Positions 46,430 to 55,939 of a stretch of 64,000 bases of DNA are shown here, in pieces. The position numbers were made by a program, and so were the translations under genes. Each line of letters opens with the position of its first letter. Within the stretch, counting starts at the first letter, position 1. The notes beneath the pieces are model-generated. The model was given only the letters and a program-made list of their open reading frames with translations, was not told the DNA's origin and did no database searches. This stretch comes from Nitrospirota bacterium (GTDB taxonomy: Bacteria; Nitrospirota; UBA9217), in the NCBI GenBank assembly GCA_029858565.1, contig JAOUEV010000005.1:32001-96000 (forward strand). Direction: 5' to 3'.

Positions 46430-47554
46430 TTATCTATCTATTTCCGGAGCCACCACGTCCAGGCTGCCGATGATCGCCACCAGGTCCGCCACCATGACAC
46501 CCTGGCTGATATGCTCGATGATTGTCATGGACGAGAACGAGCCGGTCCTGATCTTGATCCGGAAGGGATTCTTCTTTCCGTCGCTGATGACGTAGAACCC
46601 CAGTTCGCCCCGGGGACACTCGGTCCGGACGTAGATCTCGCCCGCCGGCACCGTGAAAAGCTTCGGCAGTTTTGTCCTGATCTCGCCGTCCTGAGGCAGC
46701 CGGTCCAGGGCCTGGCGGATGATCCTGCAGGACTGGACAACCTCCTCGATCCGGATGAAGTACCGGTCGTAACTGTCCCCGAGCGTCCCGTATTTCCCTC
46801 TGCCGACCGGGATGTCGAAATCAAAGCGGTCGTAGATCGAATAGGATTCGTCCTTCCGGAGGTCGAAGGCGACGCCGGAAGCGCGCAGGTTCGGTCCGGT
46901 CAGGGTGTAGTCGTTCGCTGTTTCCGCGGAAATGACGCCGACATTCGCCAGCCGGTTGATCAGGATGGTGTTGAAGGAGATCAGCTCATTGAACTCCTCC
47001 ACGAACTCGTATTCAAGATGATCGACAAAGGCCCGGCACTTTTCCGCGAATCCCGGCGGCAGGTCCTGGGCCACGCCGCCGATGCGCACGTAGTTGTGCG
47101 TCAGCCGCGCTCCGCAGAGCATTTCGATCAAATCGTTGAAGGTCTCCCGTTCCCGCAGCGCGTGCACAAAGGGCGTGACCGCGCCCAGGTCCAACAGCAG
47201 CGCGCCGAAGCCGATGAAATGGCTCGCGATGCGCGAAAGCTCCGCCGCGATCACGCGCAGATACTCTGCCTTTTCCGGGACCGCGACCCCTGCCAGCCGC
47301 TCCACCGCCACGGCATACCCCAGGTTGCAGTTGACCGACGCCACGTAATCGATGCGGTCCGTGTAGGGCATGAACCCCTGCCAGGTGACCCGCTCGGCGA
47401 TCTTCTCGATGCCCCGGTGCAGGAACCCGATATCCGGGGTTGCCTTCACCATCATTTCGCCGTCGGTCTGGAGGATGAAGCGCAGCACGCCGTGCGTGCT
47501 CGGATGGTGGGGCCCCATGTTCAGGACCATTTCCTGGGTAGAGTATTTGGACAT
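46430..47554 (-). CDS. nuoD: Complex I subunit D
   Basis: LNMGPHHPSTHGVLR, GFLHRGIEK, DRIDY, PRGELG, EIDR; no NiFe CxxC motifs. Confidence 0.95.
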   Translation of the reverse strand: MSKYSTQEMVLNMGPHHPSTHGVLRFILQTDGEMMVKATPDIGFLHRGIEKIAERVTWQGFMPYTDRIDYVASVNCNLGYAVAVERLAGVAVPEKAEYLRVIAAELSRIASHFIGFGALLLDLGAVTPFVHALRERETFNDLIEMLCGARLTHNYVRIGGVAQDLPPGFAEKCRAFVDHLEYEFVEEFNELISFNTILINRLANVGVISAETANDYTLTGPNLRASGVAFDLRKDESYSIYDRFDFDIPVGRGKYGTLGDSYDRYFIRIEEVVQSCRIIRQALDRLPQDGEIRTKLPKLFTVPAGEIYVRTECPRGELGFYVISDGKKNPFRIKIRTGSFSSMTIIEHISQGVMVADLVAIIGSLDVVAPEIDR

Positions 47555-47555
47555 A

Positions 47556-48137
47556 TTATTTCGGATTTCGGATTGCGGATTTCGGATTTAAAGTCGTTAT
47601 ATGTTCGATTGTTTCACTCACGCCGCATTCCGCATTCGACAACCCGCAATCGAGAAGGTCTTCACGGGCAGTTTCAATACCGTTGTAGCTCGTCGGATAC
47701 ACGTAATCCTTCCGGAGCGGATAGCCCTCCCAATCCTCCGGCAGCAGCAGCCGCTTCATATTGGAATGGCCGGTAAACCGGATGCCGAGCAGGTCAAAGG
47801 TCTCGCGCTCGTACCAGCCGATGCCGGGGAACGCCCGCTCCAGGCTCGGAATTTCCGGCTGCTTCCGGTCGAGAAAAACCCTGACCGTGATCTTCGCCCT
47901 ATGGACCTGCGAGTAAAGATTGTAGATCACCGCCATCCGGTCGCCGTAATCCACGCCAAGATGGTTCATGAGCGTCGAGAAACCGAGCGCCGGGTCGTTC
48001 TTGAGCGTTCCGAGGGACGCAATGAAATCCTTCAGGTCCAGAACAACCATCAGGTCGTTGTTCTTCATGGCCTCCATCGACCGGACGGACGCGCCAAGCT
48101 TCGCTGAGATCAGGTTTTGCAGCTTCTCCTGCGCCAT
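47556..48137 (-). CDS. nuoC: Complex I subunit C with repeat-derived C-terminal tail
   Basis: GVDY, WYERETFDLLGIRFTGH, LLPEDWEGYPLRKDY; start MAQE at 48137. Confidence 0.93.
   Translation of the reverse strand: MAQEKLQNLISAKLGASVRSMEAMKNNDLMVVLDLKDFIASLGTLKNDPALGFSTLMNHLGVDYGDRMAVIYNLYSQVHRAKITVRVFLDRKQPEIPSLERAFPGIGWYERETFDLLGIRFTGHSNMKRLLLPEDWEGYPLRKDYVYPTSYNGIETAREDLLDCGLSNAECGVSETIEHITTLNPKSAIRNPK
47558..47652. repeat. Inverted 7-bp tandem arrays (ATTTCGG / CCGCATT) inside the nuoC 3' end
   Basis: atttcgg-atttcgg-attgcgg-atttcgg (47558-47585) versus ccgcatt-ccgcatt-cgacaac-ccgcaat (47623-47650). Confidence 0.85.
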
Positions 48138-48139
48138 GT

Positions 48140-48643
48140 TCAAGCTTCCTTTTTGAGGAAGTACCTCTCCTTCTTGATCTTTTCCTGCACTTTCATCAGC
48201 GCCTCGGTCAACGCCTCGGGCCTCGGCGGGCACCCGGGCAAATACACGTCCACGGGCAGGATCTTGTCCACGCCGCGCACCACCGAATAACTCAGGTCAA
48301 AGGGGCCGCCGCAGTTCGCGCAGCTGCCCATGGCGATCACGTACTTGGGCTCGGCCATCTGCTCGTACAGACGGCGGAGCCGCGGGGCCATCTTGAGCGT
48401 CACCGTGCCCGCCACGATCATGAGATCCGACTGACGCGGCGTTGCCCGGAACAGGGACCCGAAACGGTCGATGTCCGCCCGGGGACCGCCGGTCTGCATC
48501 AGCTCGATGGAGCAGCAGGCAAGGCCCATGAGGAGATACCAGAGCGAGTTCGCCCGGGCAAGGTTCACGGCCTGGTCGATCGTGGTCAGGACCGGCTCGG
48601 AATCGCCGGGCAGCCGGTTCACGATGTTGAAACGCTCAAGCAT
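48140..48643 (-). CDS. nuoB: Complex I subunit B
   Basis: [33 protein letters not shown]. Confidence 0.95.
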   Translation of the reverse strand: MLERFNIVNRLPGDSEPVLTTIDQAVNLARANSLWYLLMGLACCSIELMQTGGPRADIDRFGSLFRATPRQSDLMIVAGTVTLKMAPRLRRLYEQMAEPKYVIAMGSCANCGGPFDLSYSVVRGVDKILPVDVYLPGCPPRPEALTEALMKVQEKIKKERYFLKKEA

Positions 48644-49172
48644 CGTCCTTCTCCTCCTCCCGGGGCAGTGACGCCAGCCGGGCGTTGATGCGCGCCTGGA
48701 CCTCCGCGAGCCGCGCCTTGCCCCGCTCGCGCGCCTGCCCGGCCATCCAGTCCTTCAGGGTCGTTATGTTCCCCTCCACGCGAAGCTGTTTTCGCACGCC
48801 CCGGAGCCATTCGAGGTATCCGTTCTTCCAGGCATACACCAAACCGAGGAACAGCACCGCGGCGAACACGAAGATCTCCAGGAACACCGTCGCCCCGTTC
48901 CCCGCCAGGAGAGCGTCCCGGAACCGCGCGATCACCGGAAAGATCAGGATGATTTCCACGTCGAAGATGATGAAAAGGATTGCGATCAGGTAAAACCGGG
49001 CGTTGAAGTTGAGCCATCCCGAACCCACCGGCTCCTCGCCGCACTCGTAGGTCGCGTTCTTTTCGGCATTGGGCCTGCGCGGCGCAAGTATCTTCACGAG
49101 CGACATGGTCAGAAATACAAACAAAAGCCCGGCGCAGAAAAAAACAAAGATATTTCCGTAAACATTCAGCAT
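48636..49172 (-). CDS. nuoA: Complex I subunit A with 56-aa C-terminal extension
   Basis: [28 protein letters not shown]. Confidence 0.92.
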   Translation of the reverse strand: MLNVYGNIFVFFCAGLLFVFLTMSLVKILAPRRPNAEKNATYECGEEPVGSGWLNFNARFYLIAILFIIFDVEIILIFPVIARFRDALLAGNGATVFLEIFVFAAVLFLGLVYAWKNGYLEWLRGVRKQLRVEGNITTLKDWMAGQARERGKARLAEVQARINARLASLPREEEKDDA

Positions 49173-49379
49173 GGGATTGATCCCCTGAGAGCACAGGCAA
49201 ATCAGGATTTTCCAGACCCCTTTTCTGCAACGTTACCATAGAACGGCGTTCCGGAGAAATTTATTATTTTAATGTGAAAATTAGATTGTCCTCAGGAAAA
49301 AGAGGCGTGTGAAAAAAAGTAACGCGACAGCGGGACAGTGGCGAGCTCTCTTACCCATGGCGGGGCAAAGCGAGTTCGC

Positions 49380-49598
49380 TCATTTGCAGCCCGCGCAGGA
49401 CGATGATGAGCATCCGCTGCATCCCGAGGAACTTCCTGAGGAAGGGTCTCCCGAACCCTTCCCCAGACCGAACTTCGAGAGCCGCTTCTGTGTTTCTTTT
49501 GAACCGCAGAAAGGACACTCGACCACGGGATTCGAGCCGAAGACCAGTTTCTCGAAGCATTTGCCGCAGGCAGCGCATTGATATTCGTAGATAGGCAT
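49380..49598 (-). CDS. FmdB-family zinc-ribbon protein
   Basis: MPIYEYQCAACGKCFE..CPFCGS; Cys-rich tail. Confidence 0.88.
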   Translation of the reverse strand: MPIYEYQCAACGKCFEKLVFGSNPVVECPFCGSKETQKRLSKFGLGKGSGDPSSGSSSGCSGCSSSSCAGCK

Positions 49599-49610
49599 GA
49601 CACCAAGAGC

Positions 49611-49720
49611 AGGATTAATGAACACAGAGAAGGATCACAGGGTTAAGGATTAAACAGGGCCCAATCTCTACGCCCCCTCATCTCCGACCTTTAATCCTCT
49701 AATCCTTGTTCACTTAATCC
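49611..49720. repeat. Inverted GGATTAA-family arrays
   Basis: aggattaatgaacac..aggatcacagggttaaggattaa versus ttaatcctctaatccttgttcacttaatcc. Confidence 0.7.
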
Positions 49721-49730
49721 ACCTACTCCT

Positions 49731-50375
49731 TTACTTACCCAGCTTCTTCCAGTCCGCCAGGAATTTCTCGATCCCGATGTCCGTCAGGGGATGCTTCACC
49801 AGCTGATCGATCACGCTGAAGGGGATCGTGGCGATGTGCGCGCCGGCCATGGCAGCGTCGACCACGTGCAGCGGATTCCGGACGCTCGCGACGATGATCT
49901 CGGTCCCATATCCGTAATTATTGTAGATGGCGACAATCTGGCGCACCAGGTCCATGCCGTAGTGGCTGATATCATCAAGTCTGCCCACGAAAGGGCTGAC
50001 GTATGCCGCGCCTACCTTTGCCGCGAGCAGGGCCTGCATGGGCGAGAACACCAGCGTCATGTTCACCCTGATGTTCTTTTCCGCGAGCACCTTCGTGGCC
50101 TTCAGGCCGTCCCTGGTCATGGGCAGTTTCACCACGATGTTCTTGTGGATCTTCGCCAGGTCCTCGCCTTCGGCGATCATGTCGTCGGCTTTCAGGCTCA
50201 CGGCCTCGGCGCTGATCGGGCCGTCGACGATCGTACAGATCTCATTGATGACCTGCTTGAAATCCCGGCCTTCCTTCGCGATGAGCGAAGGATTCGTGGT
50301 CACCCCGTCCACCACGCCCAGGCTCGCTGCTTCCTTGATCTCTTTGACATTGGCGGTATCGATGAAGAATTTCAT
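49731..50375 (-). CDS. fsa: Transaldolase / fructose-6-phosphate aldolase
   Basis: [43 protein letters not shown]. Confidence 0.92.
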   Translation of the reverse strand: MKFFIDTANVKEIKEAASLGVVDGVTTNPSLIAKEGRDFKQVINEICTIVDGPISAEAVSLKADDMIAEGEDLAKIHKNIVVKLPMTRDGLKATKVLAEKNIRVNMTLVFSPMQALLAAKVGAAYVSPFVGRLDDISHYGMDLVRQIVAIYNNYGYGTEIIVASVRNPLHVVDAAMAGAHIATIPFSVIDQLVKHPLTDIGIEKFLADWKKLGK

Positions 50376-50438
50376 GGTTTATTCGTTCTCCTCTAATATA
50401 GTTCTTGGCCTTACACCTCTTGTATCACGATTACTTTC

Positions 50439-51734
50439 TTAATTTCTCACCTTCTCAATTTCTCGGTCTTCCGCACTTTGCACTCCGCACTCCGCACTTC
50501 GAAGCGCAGCTTCGATGACCTGCACCGTATGCATGACCGCAACTTCCGCTCCTTCCAGCCTCAGACTGTCGGCGATCTGCATCCTGCAGCCGGGACAGCC
50601 GGTAAGCACGGTCGCGGCGCCCGTGGCGATGATGTCGCGGGCCTTTGATCTTCCTATGCCGCGGGACAGGGCCGGATGAACCGCTCGCATCAGGCCGCCG
50701 AACCCGCAGCACTGATCAGGACGATCCATTTCCACCAGCATCACGCCGGGGATGCGCCGAACGACGCTCCGCGCCGTCTTTGCCAGACCCTGTCCCCGCC
50801 CCAGATGGCAGGGGTCATGCCAGGTAATGCGGCCGTGCAGAGGGGTGCTCAGGTCGCTGGCTGCTAGCTTGTCCGCAAGGAACTCGTGGATGTCCATCAC
50901 CGCAGCCGGCCTGATCCCCGACCGCGAGAGCAGTTCGGGATAGTCACGCTTGAACGTCATACCGCAGGACGCGCAGGCCGTGACAACAGCTTCGGCATCG
51001 AGCGCAGCCAGCACGCGGGTATTCTGTTCCGCCAGATTCCTGGCACCATCCCGATCGCCCAGGGACAGGAACGGTCTTCCGCAGCATTTCAGATCGTCAG
51101 GGATGACAACATGGTAACCGAGGTGTTCAAGCACAGCCGCCGTGGACTGTTGAATATCCTGTTGAAAGTGTCTGATCGCGCACCCGGGATAAAAAATGAC
51201 TTTTTTCCTCGCGGCAACCTGTTGACCGCTTCCATTCCGCATTCCGTAGTCCGCATTCCGAATCTTCCTGCTACCCTGCCCCGCGCCGCCACCTGCCACG
51301 GATCCCTTGCTGAAATGGAGCGCCACCGGCGCAAGCCACGAAAGGGAGCGCATTACCGCCTCATGCCGGAGCGCGCCAGCCAGCACCGACTGAACAATTC
51401 CGGCGCCGGACTCCTGGACAGCCTGTTCTTTGGCCGCCAGAATGATGCTCGTCACCGGCACCCCGCTCGCGCACTGTCCTTCGCATGCCATGCACCCGGC
51501 GCACGTGGCAAGACGGTCCTGGTACAGGTCCGACACCGCCAGTCGCCCGTCCAGGACTGCCTCGATCAAGGCGATGCGGCCGCGCGGCGACTGAGACTCC
51601 CGCCGGTCCTGCCGGAAGCTTGGGCAAACCGCGCTGCAGGCCCCGCATTTCACGCACCGGGAAATATCCTTCCGATAATTTTCTAAGGGATTTTGATGAG
51701 TTCTCTTCCGCACTTCGCACTCCGCACTTCGCAC
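50439..51734 (-). CDS. GlcF-like Fe-S oxidoreductase (2x[4Fe-4S] + two CCG domains)
   Basis: CVKCGACSAVCP, SPRGR, CAGCMACEGQC, CCG, HDPCHL, CCGFGG, CPGC. Start is GTG 51734 or 51713, both inside a repeat. Confidence 0.85.
   Translation of the reverse strand: MRSAECEVRKRTHQNPLENYRKDISRCVKCGACSAVCPSFRQDRRESQSPRGRIALIEAVLDGRLAVSDLYQDRLATCAGCMACEGQCASGVPVTSIILAAKEQAVQESGAGIVQSVLAGALRHEAVMRSLSWLAPVALHFSKGSVAGGGAGQGSRKIRNADYGMRNGSGQQVAARKKVIFYPGCAIRHFQQDIQQSTAAVLEHLGYHVVIPDDLKCCGRPFLSLGDRDGARNLAEQNTRVLAALDAEAVVTACASCGMTFKRDYPELLSRSGIRPAAVMDIHEFLADKLAASDLSTPLHGRITWHDPCHLGRGQGLAKTARSVVRRIPGVMLVEMDRPDQCCGFGGLMRAVHPALSRGIGRSKARDIIATGAATVLTGCPGCRMQIADSLRLEGAEVAVMHTVQVIEAALRSAECGVQSAEDREIEKVRN
50469..50503. 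repeat. 7-bp array (CTCCGCA) inside glcF-like 3' end
   Basis: ttccgca-ctttgca-ctccgca-ctccgca-cttcgaa. Confidence 0.75.
51234..51264. repeat. 7-bp array (ATTCCGC) inside glcF-like linker
   Basis: attccgc-attccgt-agtccgc-attccga. Confidence 0.75.
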
Positions 51735-51735
51735 T
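51706..51735. repeat. 7-bp array (CTTCGCA/CTCCGCA) at glcF-like 5' end
   Basis: ttccgca-cttcgca-ctccgca-cttcgca. Confidence 0.78.
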
Positions 51736-51739
51736 GGTT

Positions 51740-52366
51740 TTACGGCAGTATCGTCACCGGCGTGCCGAGCGACACGATGCTGAACAGTTCATCCACATCG
51801 GTGTTGGCCAGGGCGATGCATCCGTCGGTCCAGTTGTCCTTGGCGGCCAGTGCGGCCCGGTCCCCCTGGAGCCTGCCATGGATCCCGACCGCGCCGCCAA
51901 GCCTTGTTTCCCAGGGCGGCTGCTTCCCTTCCGCAGCGGACCGCTGAATCTCGCTGTATTCCCGCACGGAGATCATGCCTTTCCGCAATCCCCGCTCAGC
52001 GTGCTTCAGGCTGGGATAGCTCAAGCCCATGAACTTGTAGAACCGTTTGCTGTGGTTCATGGTGCAAATATAGAAATCGCCTTCAGGCGTTCTGCGGTCG
52101 CCGATGCGCTCCTTGTCGCCTTCGGCAAATCCCTTTCCGAACACCGCGGGATAGGTCTTGATGGGGATGTCGCCCTTGTACAGGGTGAGGGAGTAATGGG
52201 ATTTCCAGATAACGATAGCCGGATCGCCGGGCAGCGAGGAGAAGAGGGAAATAAAGGCCGCTGTGTTGGTACCTGGATCATCGGGGACCGGCGCGAGGAC
52301 CGCAACCGCCGCCAGTGCCACGATGAACCGGACGAAGAACGAGAGATATTTCCAGAACACCGCCAT
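51740..52366 (-). CDS. L,D-transpeptidase (YkuD family)
   Basis: GDRRTPEG, LSYP, VGIHG..WTDGCIAL catalytic motif; start MAVF at 52366. Confidence 0.88.
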   Translation of the reverse strand: MAVFWKYLSFFVRFIVALAAVAVLAPVPDDPGTNTAAFISLFSSLPGDPAIVIWKSHYSLTLYKGDIPIKTYPAVFGKGFAEGDKERIGDRRTPEGDFYICTMNHSKRFYKFMGLSYPSLKHAERGLRKGMISVREYSEIQRSAAEGKQPPWETRLGGAVGIHGRLQGDRAALAAKDNWTDGCIALANTDVDELFSIVSLGTPVTILP

Positions 52367-52377
52367 GGTCCGCTCCG

Positions 52378-52635
52378 TCAGCGCCGCCGCAGCCGCTCGT
52401 ACTCGTCGGCGCAGTGCGTACTGCAAAAATGCGTCGGCGCGCCGCTGATCCGGCGAATAACAGCCCGTCCCTTGACCACATAGGTCCGGCACTGCGGATC
52501 AAGCACCATCTCTTCGCCAGGCAGACGACCGGTATCCGAGGGATCCTGCGCCGCCCGTACAGCGGCCCGGAACACCGTTTTGACCGCCTGGTACAGGACC
52601 GCGAAGAGAATGAACAGGAGGATCGCTCGGATCAT
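52378..52635 (-). CDS. Small membrane protein with YHS/TRASH domain
   Basis: TM helix then MVLDPQCRTYV..HFCSTHC. Confidence 0.8.
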   Translation of the reverse strand: MIRAILLFILFAVLYQAVKTVFRAAVRAAQDPSDTGRLPGEEMVLDPQCRTYVVKGRAVIRRISGAPTHFCSTHCADEYERLRRR

Positions 52636-53213
52636 GGTGACTGCTTCCGCAGCGCCTGCCGGTAGGCGTGCAGGGAACTCTTGATCGTGTCCGCCTGAGG
52701 ATGTTTTGGCGCGATATGGAGGAGCTGGTCCCACGCCGCTATGGCCTTACGGTAATCCTTCTTGTCCTGACCGTACACAACACCCAGGTTGAACAGCGCG
52801 TTCTGATGTCCCGGCTCTATGGAAACGGCCCGTTCATAGGTCTCGATCGCTTTGTCGATCATTCCCAGGCTCCGGTAGCTTGTCCCCATATCGGTCATCA
52901 CATCAGCGCTGTGAGGATCGATCGTGAGCGCCTGTTCATAATAATGGATCGCGCCCTTCCATTGGTGCGCGTCGTAGTAGGCGTTCCCCAGTGCGATCAC
53001 CGCGGCGAGATTGTGCGGGTCCTCGGCCAGGATCGAACGATACTCATCGATCAGCCCCTGGTAATACGGCGTAGTGGCTTCCGGGGCAGCGGACCTTTCC
53101 TGCCTGCTGTCGTCGCCCGCGGCCGTCCGGTCCTGACGCTTGCACGATGCGCCAGCAGCCAGGGCGAACACGAGGACAACCGCGACGCCTTGTTGTAGAT
53201 TAGGAATGTTCAT
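52632..53213 (-). CDS. TPR-repeat lipoprotein
   Basis: Lipobox GASC; LGNAYYD, TDMGTSY, FNLGVVY TPRs. Confidence 0.82.
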   Translation of the reverse strand: MNIPNLQQGVAVVLVFALAAGASCKRQDRTAAGDDSRQERSAAPEATTPYYQGLIDEYRSILAEDPHNLAAVIALGNAYYDAHQWKGAIHYYEQALTIDPHSADVMTDMGTSYRSLGMIDKAIETYERAVSIEPGHQNALFNLGVVYGQDKKDYRKAIAAWDQLLHIAPKHPQADTIKSSLHAYRQALRKQSP

Positions 53214-53256
53214 CCCCTGTGAGATACCTTTTCTCCGGACGCCCTGCCGGTTCGGA

Positions 53257-54816
53257 TCAATGGCGGAAATGACGCATCTTGGTGAAGATCATGGCGATAC
53301 CGTGCTCGTCCGCCGCCTTGATCACTTCCTCGTCCTTGAGCGATCCACCCGGCTGGATCACCGCGGTGATCCCCGCTTTTGCCGCTTCGTCGAGCCCGTC
53401 GCGGAAGGGGAAGAATGCGTCCGATGCCAGGACCGTGCCCTTGAGCGGCGACTGCGCCTTCAGGACAGCGATCCTGACCGAGTCGAGCCTGCTCATCTGG
53501 CCCGCGCCGATCCCCACGGTCCGGTCCTTGGTCGTGAACACGATGGCGTTGGACTTTACGTGCTTGCACACCTTCCAGGCAAAAGCGAGCCCCGCGTACT
53601 CATCCTCGGTGGGCTTGCGCTTCGTAGCGACCAGGAGCGCCTTCACATCGCTGATCGTGCCAAGGTCCCGGTCCTGGTAGATCAGGCCGCCGACGACCTT
53701 TTTCAGGTCCATACCCTCGGGCGTCCCGGAGATCTTCGGACCGATGTCCAGAACCCGGACGTCCTTCTTTTTCTTCAACTCCTCAAGCGCGTCAGGCGCG
53801 AACTCGGGAGCCACGACCACTTCCACGAATGTGGCCGTCAGCTCCCTGGCGGTCTCCGCGTCCACCAGTCGGTTGAAGGCGATCACGCCGCCGAACGCGG
53901 ACACGGGATCGCAGTCACGGGCCTTGCGGTAAGCCTCGACAAGCGTATTTCCCGTGGCCACGCCGCAGGGATTGTTATGCTTCACGATCACCGCCGCGGT
54001 CCCGCCGTACTCCTTGGCAAGTTCCAGCGCGCTGTTCGCGTCAAGATAGTTATTGAAGGACATTTCCTTGCCCTGGAGCTGCCGGGCATGGGCCACGCAG
54101 GGTTCCTTCACGCCGAATTCCCGGTAGAACGCTCCCTGCTGATGCGGATTCTCGCCGTAGCGCAGGTTCTGGACCTTCTCGAGCTGAAGCGTCAGGATGT
54201 TGGGAAAACGCGTCTTCTCGTCGTCGGGAACCTGCTTCTCCATCCATGCCGAGATTGCGCTGTCGTAGCGTGCAGTGTGCAGGAACACGGTCCGGCAAAG
54301 CTCGAACTTGGTCTTGGCGGACACCTCGCCGGACGTTTTGATCTCTTCGAGCACCCGGCCGTAATCCCGGGGCGAGACCACCACAGCGACGTCACGATGG
54401 TTCTTGGCAGCCGACCGGAGCATGGTCGGCCCGCCGATGTCGATATTCTCGATGGCGTCCTCAAAGGTCACGCCCGGCTTGGCAACGGTCTGTTCAAAGG
54501 GGTAGAGGTTCACGACCACCAGGTCGATGGGCTGGATGCCGTGCTGGTTCATCTGCTTCACATGCTCGGGATTGCTCCGGATGCCCAGGAGGCCTCCATG
54601 CACCTTCGGATGCAGGGTCTTGACGCGGCCATCGAGCATCTCGGGGAATCCGGTGAACTCCGATACATCCTTGACCGGAACGCCTCCGTCGCGCAGCATC
54701 TTCGCGGTGCCGCCGGTGGACAGGATCTCGATCCCGAGCTTCGCCAGTTCCTTTGCAAAGTCCAGGACGCCTTCTTTGTGAGAGACACTGATAAGCGCGC
54801 GCGTTACTTTACCCAC
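53257..54816 (-). CDS. purH: Bifunctional AICAR transformylase/IMP cyclohydrolase
   Basis: STGGT, GRVKTLHP, NIDIGGP, LRYGENPHQ, KHNNPCG, SDAFFPF, RHFRH. Confidence 0.98.
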   Translation of the reverse strand: MGKVTRALISVSHKEGVLDFAKELAKLGIEILSTGGTAKMLRDGGVPVKDVSEFTGFPEMLDGRVKTLHPKVHGGLLGIRSNPEHVKQMNQHGIQPIDLVVVNLYPFEQTVAKPGVTFEDAIENIDIGGPTMLRSAAKNHRDVAVVVSPRDYGRVLEEIKTSGEVSAKTKFELCRTVFLHTARYDSAISAWMEKQVPDDEKTRFPNILTLQLEKVQNLRYGENPHQQGAFYREFGVKEPCVAHARQLQGKEMSFNNYLDANSALELAKEYGGTAAVIVKHNNPCGVATGNTLVEAYRKARDCDPVSAFGGVIAFNRLVDAETARELTATFVEVVVAPEFAPDALEELKKKKDVRVLDIGPKISGTPEGMDLKKVVGGLIYQDRDLGTISDVKALLVATKRKPTEDEYAGLAFAWKVCKHVKSNAIVFTTKDRTVGIGAGQMSRLDSVRIAVLKAQSPLKGTVLASDAFFPFRDGLDEAAKAGITAVIQPGGSLKDEEVIKAADEHGIAMIFTKMRHFRH

Positions 54817-54862
54817 GATGAGGTACCTCCGGAGGGGCTTGATGCACTGCAGAATGTGTAAA

Positions 54863-54892
54863 ATTGTAACCGGAAAACAAGGGTAAAGTCAA
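54863..54892 (-). promoter_or_regulatory. Putative sigma70 promoter for purH
   Basis: TTGACT-18 bp-TACAAT on the minus strand. Confidence 0.5.
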
Positions 54893-54989
54893 TTTATATA
54901 AAGCAGACAGCGGGCGCAGAAGCCTGATCTTCGCGGTGTTCTGGCATGAACTTTCTCGTCCATGTGATCGTCCCTGCTCCTGCGGTTCG

Positions 54990-55877
54990 TTACTTCGGTC
55001 CCCGGATGACCACAAGCGCGGCGGGAACGACCTCGATCTCGTACACATGGTCCACAGCCTCGAAGATCTCGCCGTCAACATGTACCGGGATCGGACCGCG
55101 GCCGATGATCTTCAGCTTCCGCGTCCGGGTGAGCCGCGCATGATGCGCTGCCCGTTCGATGGTGCCGAGAAATACCTTCGGCAGGTGCCAGAGCAGCGTC
55201 GGTATGCTTAGAGGCCGCACGATGGTCATGTCAAGCAGGCCGTCATTCAGCTTCGCATGCGGGGTGAGCTTGAATCCCCCGCCCACGGTGGTCCCGTTCC
55301 CGATGGTCAGAAGATAGAGCTCCCCGTCCAGCTCTTCGTTGCCGAACGAAACGATGACCCGGACCGGATCGTATCTGCCGAGGGTCCTGACCAGGGCGCA
55401 GAGGTAAAGCCACAGGCCCCGCTTTCCGTGGTTGATGCCGTAGCTCGCCCGGTTCACCGCAGCATCGAAGCCGATCCCCACAGCGTTGGCGAAGCAGGTC
55501 CCGTTGATACGGCCCGCATCGATCAATGACAGGTTCCCGGCAAGCACGATGTCCACGGCCTGTCCGATATCATTGGGAATACCCAGCGCCTTGATGAAGT
55601 CGTTGCCCGAGCCCGAGGGGATGATGCCCAGCGGTTTCCCGGAGTGGAGCATCGCCGGCACGATCTCGTTCACCGTGCCGTCCCCTCCCACGGCAACGAT
55701 CACATCGAACTCCTTGCACGCGGCGCGGGCGATCTCCGCTGCCTGCTTCGGGCCGGTGGTAAGTTCCAGGTCAAAGGCCGCGCCCCGCTCCCGAAAAAGC
55801 TCCTCTACCTGCAGGACCGCGGCACGGGCCTTGCCCCTGCCCGCGGCGGGATTCGCAATAAGCTTGTATTTCTTCAT
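54990..55877 (-). CDS. Diacylglycerol kinase family lipid kinase (YegS/DgkB-like)
   Basis: NPAAGRG, GGDGTVNE, PSGSGNDF, GFDA, DGLLD, VDGE. Confidence 0.92.
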   Translation of the reverse strand: MKKYKLIANPAAGRGKARAAVLQVEELFRERGAAFDLELTTGPKQAAEIARAACKEFDVIVAVGGDGTVNEIVPAMLHSGKPLGIIPSGSGNDFIKALGIPNDIGQAVDIVLAGNLSLIDAGRINGTCFANAVGIGFDAAVNRASYGINHGKRGLWLYLCALVRTLGRYDPVRVIVSFGNEELDGELYLLTIGNGTTVGGGFKLTPHAKLNDGLLDMTIVRPLSIPTLLWHLPKVFLGTIERAAHHARLTRTRKLKIIGRGPIPVHVDGEIFEAVDHVYEIEVVPAALVVIRGPK

Positions 55878-55886
55878 GGAAAGGAC

Positions 55887-55915
55887 ATTATAGGACGTGT
55901 ATCAGGGCAAGTCAA
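55887..55915 (-). promoter_or_regulatory. Putative sigma70 promoter giving a near-leaderless lipid kinase mRNA
   Basis: TTGACT-17 bp-TATAAT ending 9 nt before the ATG; no SD. Confidence 0.55.
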
Positions 55916-55939
55916 ACAGGAGAGCGATGGAGCGGAGGT

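Noticed and set aside
46430-48643. Group 4 [NiFe]-hydrogenase interpretation of nuoBCD
   Set aside because: The large subunit lacks both CxxC nickel motifs and has the quinone-site HPSTHG and DRIDY motifs.
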